Below are positions 51,503 through 64,000 of a DNA stretch of 64,000 nt, piece by piece (positions within the stretch are counted from its first letter, which is position 1; each line of letters begins with the position of its first letter). Under the pieces are notes generated by a model, which was not told the origin of the DNA, ran no database searches, and saw nothing but the letters and a program-made list of their open reading frames with translations. The stretch spans positions 310,001 through 374,000 of the forward strand of contig CM007990.1 in assembly GCA_002189035.1 (NCBI GenBank), read 5' to 3'. Origin of the DNA: Utricularia gibba (Eukaryota > Plantae > Magnoliophyta). A program made the position numbers and the translations under genes.

Positions 51503-53748
51503 TCTTCTCTTACTCAGGCCCTCATTCAGAAACTGGCTCAAAGAAATCTCTACGCTCGCACACTTTTTCTCGGAGTACACAAGACAAGGAAGAGAAAGAA
51601 CAGAAAAAAAAAAAAGCTCGGTGATTGATCAGCACTGCAACAGCGATGATGAGTGGCAATGAATGAGAAATTAACCTGTAAAGAATAGAATTGAAGCAAA
51701 AAAGGTAAGGTAAATGAAAATGACTGAAGAGAACGAACAGCACCTCTTCGTCTGTCAAAGATTTTGGATCCAAACAGGTTTGATAACCTCATACACCAAA
51801 GGAAAAAAAAAAAAAAAGAAACCCAAAGTCAAAAAACACAAAAAGAAGAGATCTTTGCTAGAGACTGGACAGCTTATCTCGGGAAACTATCCAAATCCAG
51901 TCAATGCCATGCTAATTCCACTCTTGATTCCTTCATTAACACGGCATTAATCATCCTCATAACTCCCCACTCCAGTAACGGAAATCCGTTTCCTCCCTCT
52001 TTACCATCCGTTCAGTTCCAAATTAGCAATAAACCCATCATTAAACACAACCCAGCACTAGAAAAATTGACACCCCGATGAAGGAATCTTTTGGAGGCAT
52101 AATTTATGTGGGCAACGACCAATTTGTGTGCATGGAAAGAACGGCATGTGCTTTCCCCGAAATGGGGTCCAGTCCTCAATGATTGTAAGAGAAAGGCTAG
52201 GCTGGCACCACTCACCTCGCCAGATCGACGCCCCTTCAGTGGTCCTACAGGCGCAATGCGGTGGCTCAAGAAGAAGAACAAGAAAAAAAGATTGGACCTT
52301 TCCTCCCATCCCGGCTGCCCAGGCTGGATCCCGGTGCTCCCTTCATCCAAATTCAAGAGCAGCGGCACGGCTCGCGCCTTAGCAATAGCATACCTGGCAA
52401 TAAATCCCTCTCCGGTCAACATAATAAAACATTGCGCCTCTTTTATCCTTTTTCATTTATTACATTGAGATTATTATGCTCCCCTTCAATAATTTGCCTT
52501 TCCCCATTTTTCACTTATGCTACCAGAGTAAAGGAATGTGGTGGAGGATTTAGTGCCATTCCCCATCTAAGATTCATATTCATTTATATGAAATTTTATA
52601 TTTTGAACATTTAATTCTTACGATTTTATGTTATTCATAACTTTTATCCAATCGTTTTTTAGATTATAATTTGTTTTAGAACTAAAACACATTAGACACA
52701 TTTAATTTTGGAGTTTAGATTAAGAAATTTCACTAGATTTACATGATCATATTAATTAATTTCTTTTAATATTTTGTTTTCAATCGATATAAAATTAATC
52801 TAAATTGCTATCTCACTACCATACTTTATTAAACATTATCTTATGTTAGAAGACATCAATCATGATATATGTATTATAATATGAATATTAGAAGCTAAAG
52901 TTTCTAAGCTTCTACAACTAAAAAAAAATATAAATGTAGGTTCATTGATCATATCCTATTCAAGATTTTTTTACTAAAATGATACATGTATTTGTATTAT
53001 AAAAACAACATCTATATAAGATATCATAATACAACGATTATAAAAACTAGAACAAGATGAAAATCGACCAATTCGATCCACTTATGTTTAATAACCTTGT
53101 TCCATGCTAATCTTTTTTGTATCGTTCCAATTTTATTGAATGTTCCCCGAACATTCAACAAATTGAGATATAAAGTATAGTTGGTGTTAGATAGTAACGC
53201 CATACAACGGTTATAGTTACAAAACGAACCTATTGCTACCATTGAGGAGTAGAGGTCTATGGGTGATATAAATTATCATGTAATATAATATAAGGTATAG
53301 TCCCTAGGGCTGCCGCATGTGTATTAAAAATAGTAACCGGTGCGGGTCATTCAATTGGACTTGCTTTTTTTAGCCTCATACATTGTTGGATGCCCTTCGT
53401 AAAATACCCTTTCTATGGACAGAGAAAAGAGGGAATGAATGCCGGCTTGTGCCAACGCACATGCTTCGGCTGTGGTCCAGTTCCGATGATGGGCGTGGGC
53501 TGCAGATGATAACGACTTTCCGGCCCAGATACGGTGGGCCAAGGCTGTGATACGGAAGTCGGAACCCGGTGGCGCGCTGGACTGGGCTCTTCTAGTTTCT
53601 GTTACTCGAAAATGGTGCCGGGGGATGGGCGCAATTCGATACGGCGAGATCTTCTTGGTACGGATGTGCTGACTTGCGATTTTTCAAGTTTCCCGGCGGC
53701 GGTTGGAGGAGTTTTCTGAAAGTGCGGGTCATTTCTGTGATCTTGGGT

Positions 53749-56998
<3,250 letters not shown>

Positions 56999-57337
56999 GG
57001 GCTGCTTTGCACATCCAAACAACCAAACCAAACATCCATTGGAGAGAATAATTTTTGGGGGCTCCTAATCTCGCCCATTGGTAGCCTGATTGTTTGCCTT
57101 CTGTTAGGAAAGCAGAGCCCCGGCATCCCCTACAATCCTGTTCCTGGAGGAAGCCTTTAATTATCCCTGAATTCTCCCATTTTTTATTAATAAAAAAATG
57201 AAAATGAGAGCAGTTAGGCTGCACCGTACAGCTTTGCTTCTCTTGCATATTCAGGCAATTTTCGAATATAAATAATACGAAATTCATGTATTCAAAAAAT
57301 AATTAAATTTGATTTAATTTGTTATAAAAATAGTTAG

Positions 57338-57433
57338 TGGGCCGAAGGCTGAAGTCCAACAATACTTGGGCTTAGTATTCGTGCTAACCTAACGGGGCTA
57401 TAGTAATTCATACGGCCCAATATATGATGGGCT
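57338..57433. promoter_or_regulatory. Site II cluster upstream of DEAH13
   Basis: TGGGCC at 57338, TGGGCT at 57367, GGCCCA at 57414, TGGGCT at 57428. Confidence 0.65.
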
Positions 57434-57626
57434 GATCTGTGCAGAATTGCCGTCCTCGCTTGGTTCGCCTGACCGAAGTTTTGCGTTTCGTTCGGCGGCG
57501 TCGTTGATTGAACTCCGGGTTCCGTCGACCGTGAGGTTTAGAGAAGAAACATTTTCGAGAACCGAAGGTTTCTCCGAGTTTCTACCGCTCCTCCTCCTCT
57601 GACGTCCGGAAAATCAACGATTCACA

Positions 57627-62445
<4,819 letters not shown>

Positions 62446-62483
62446 GATAGGTTCGTTAGATATTTTTTGTTTGATATTTTGAG

Positions 62484-63395
62484 GATGATGAGTGCACAGG
62501 GATGATTAATATTTTCGATACTGTATATTATAATACAAAGTTTGTATTCAAAATTATAAAAAATAATTAATGACAACAAAATTATGAATAATTACAAAAG
62601 AATGATGATGAGTGCACGTGTTGCAGCAAGGGGGAAGGACGGCGACCCTCCGAATTGTGAGAAACACAGCTTCTCTTAGAGTGTTGATTAATATATTAGA
62701 TATTGTATATTAGAATATGTAGTTTGCATTAAAAATCATAAAAAATAATTAATGACAACAAAATTATGAATAATTACAAAAGAATGATGATGAGTGCACG
62801 TGTTGCAGCAAGGGGGAAGGACGGCGACCCTCCGAATTGTGAGAAACACAGCTTCTCTTAGAGTGTTGATTAATATATTAGATATTGTATATTAGAATAT
62901 GTAGTTTGCATTAAAAATCATAAAAAATAATTAATGACAACAAAATTATGAATAATTACAAAAGAATGATGATGAGTGCACGTGTTGCAGCAAGGGGGAA
63001 GGACGGCGACCCTCCGAATTGTGAGAAACACAGCTTCTCTTAGAGTGTTGATTAATATATTAGATATTGTATATTAGAATATGTAGTTTGCATTAAAAAT
63101 CATAAAAAATAATTAATGACAACAAAATTATGAATAATTACAAAAGAATGATGATGAGTGCACGTGTTGCAGGGGGAAGGACGGCGGCACTCGGAATTCT
63201 GAGAAACACAGCTTCTCTTAGAGTGTTGATTAATATATTAGATATTGTATATTAGAATATATAGTTTGTATTAAAAATCATAAAAAATAATTAATGACAA
63301 CAAAATTATGAATAATTACAAAAGAATGATGATGAGTGCACGTGTAACCCCCTTGCTCAAATTCTGAGAAACACAGCTTCACTTGGAGTGTTGCA
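62484..63395. repeat. Tandem array of a 182-bp unit (three apparently identical copies, one 178-bp variant, two degenerate or partial end copies)
   Basis: Anchor GATGATGAGTGCAC recurs at 62484, 62604, 62786, 62968, 63150 and 63328 (spacings 120, 182, 182, 182, 178). Confidence 0.97.
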
Positions 63396-64000
63396 TGAGC
63401 TCAAACCACTGGAGATGGAATGAAACAAACACATGAGAACCAAACAACAAATGCAGCAACAATAGAATAGCAAGAACGTGCGACTCTTACTTGTCTCAGA
63501 AGGTCCGCAAGCACTCGTGGAAGTGCCTCGATGTTCTTCAACACAACATAATATGGGAATGGAAAAGTGTCGAGGTACTTAGAGATCTTGTGCTTCCCAC
63601 CCTGAATTGTAGCTTCCTGAAATACATTGAGGGAATCAGTGTAACCCCTTGCTCAAATGAAACAGCAGAAAGCCAGCCAACATACATGATTAAAGAGTGT
63701 TTTTTTAGGATACCTGAAAATCTAGGATTGACTCATTCGGCTTTGGACTGTCTAAGATAAGGAATGCAACCATGCACTGCTTGCTCAGGATGTCCCTCAC
63801 ACGACGCTTTAGTTTTTCCTGATAGGAGAACATTGATGGACGTTGCATCTCTGCGGGAAAACTTGATAAATTTTGAATGACAAGTGCGTACCTTTTCACT
63901 GAACCTGCCATCTGCGATTATCAGAACAAGTTGCTGGAGAGGATTTTCACCAGATGGTAGACGGGCTCGCATCACCGCAGCATCCAACATGTTATCCAGG
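63379..64000 (-). CDS. MDN1: Midasin (MDN1/Rea1) C-terminal VWA/MIDAS domain; last four exons, gene continues beyond the window
   Basis: NPLQQLVLIIADGRF, LKRRVRD...MVAFLILDS, ISKYLDTFPFPYYVVLKNIEALPRVLADLLRQ|WFELMQHSK*; stop at 63379-63381. Confidence 0.93.

Noticed and set aside
52012-53242. Assorted 70-136 aa ORFs between the polygalacturonase and FUM1
   Set aside because: They lie in leader, promoter or AT-rich DNA, mostly start at non-ATG codons, and have no domain similarity.
62601-63370. C/D snoRNA array (ATGATGA in each unit, CTGA in the last copies) or a CRISPR-like array
   Set aside because: The C-to-D spacing is only about 40-55 nt and the D box is absent from the identical copies. 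There are no unique spacers and the context is eukaryotic.
63646-63660. 13-nt match to the 5' part of miR828 (CTTGCTCAAATGA)
   Set aside because: The 3' half does not match, the site is intronic and no hairpin is evident.

Overview
Eukaryotic nuclear DNA from a flowering plant with a very compact genome. I can support 24 intron-containing or single-exon protein genes in 64 kb (about one per 2.7 kb), mostly with 65-130 nt introns. I found no recognisable transposon, rRNA, tRNA or CRISPR array. A close DIVARICATA orthologue and the compactness suggest Lamiales, possibly Lentibulariaceae (inference only). Gene order: ASN (5' truncated), MIK, TPR protein, SR45a, OCTOPUS-like DUF740, NPF8, DIV MYB, large acidic protein, DeSI/PPPDE, ADF, RPL36, C2H2 protein, TIC32-like SDR, SYNC1, TRM/DUF4378, AHL, EXL3, PMEI, Di19, PDCD2, GH28 polygalacturonase, FUM1, DEAH13/DHX37, MDN1 (3' end). 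The main structure not explained by the gene list is: (1) 12 apparent frameshifts in 9 genes, each repaired by one extra base in a G/C run (11 of 12 are G on the + strand), most likely a sequencing or consensus artefact; (2) a young 182-bp tandem array that runs into the MDN1 stop codon; (3) one clear and two candidate minor-spliceosome (U12) introns; (4) an unexplained uORF-rich segment upstream of NPF8 with a miR482/2118-like site. I did not find a convincingly novel multi-gene system. Family assignments come from recalled motifs, not database searches.
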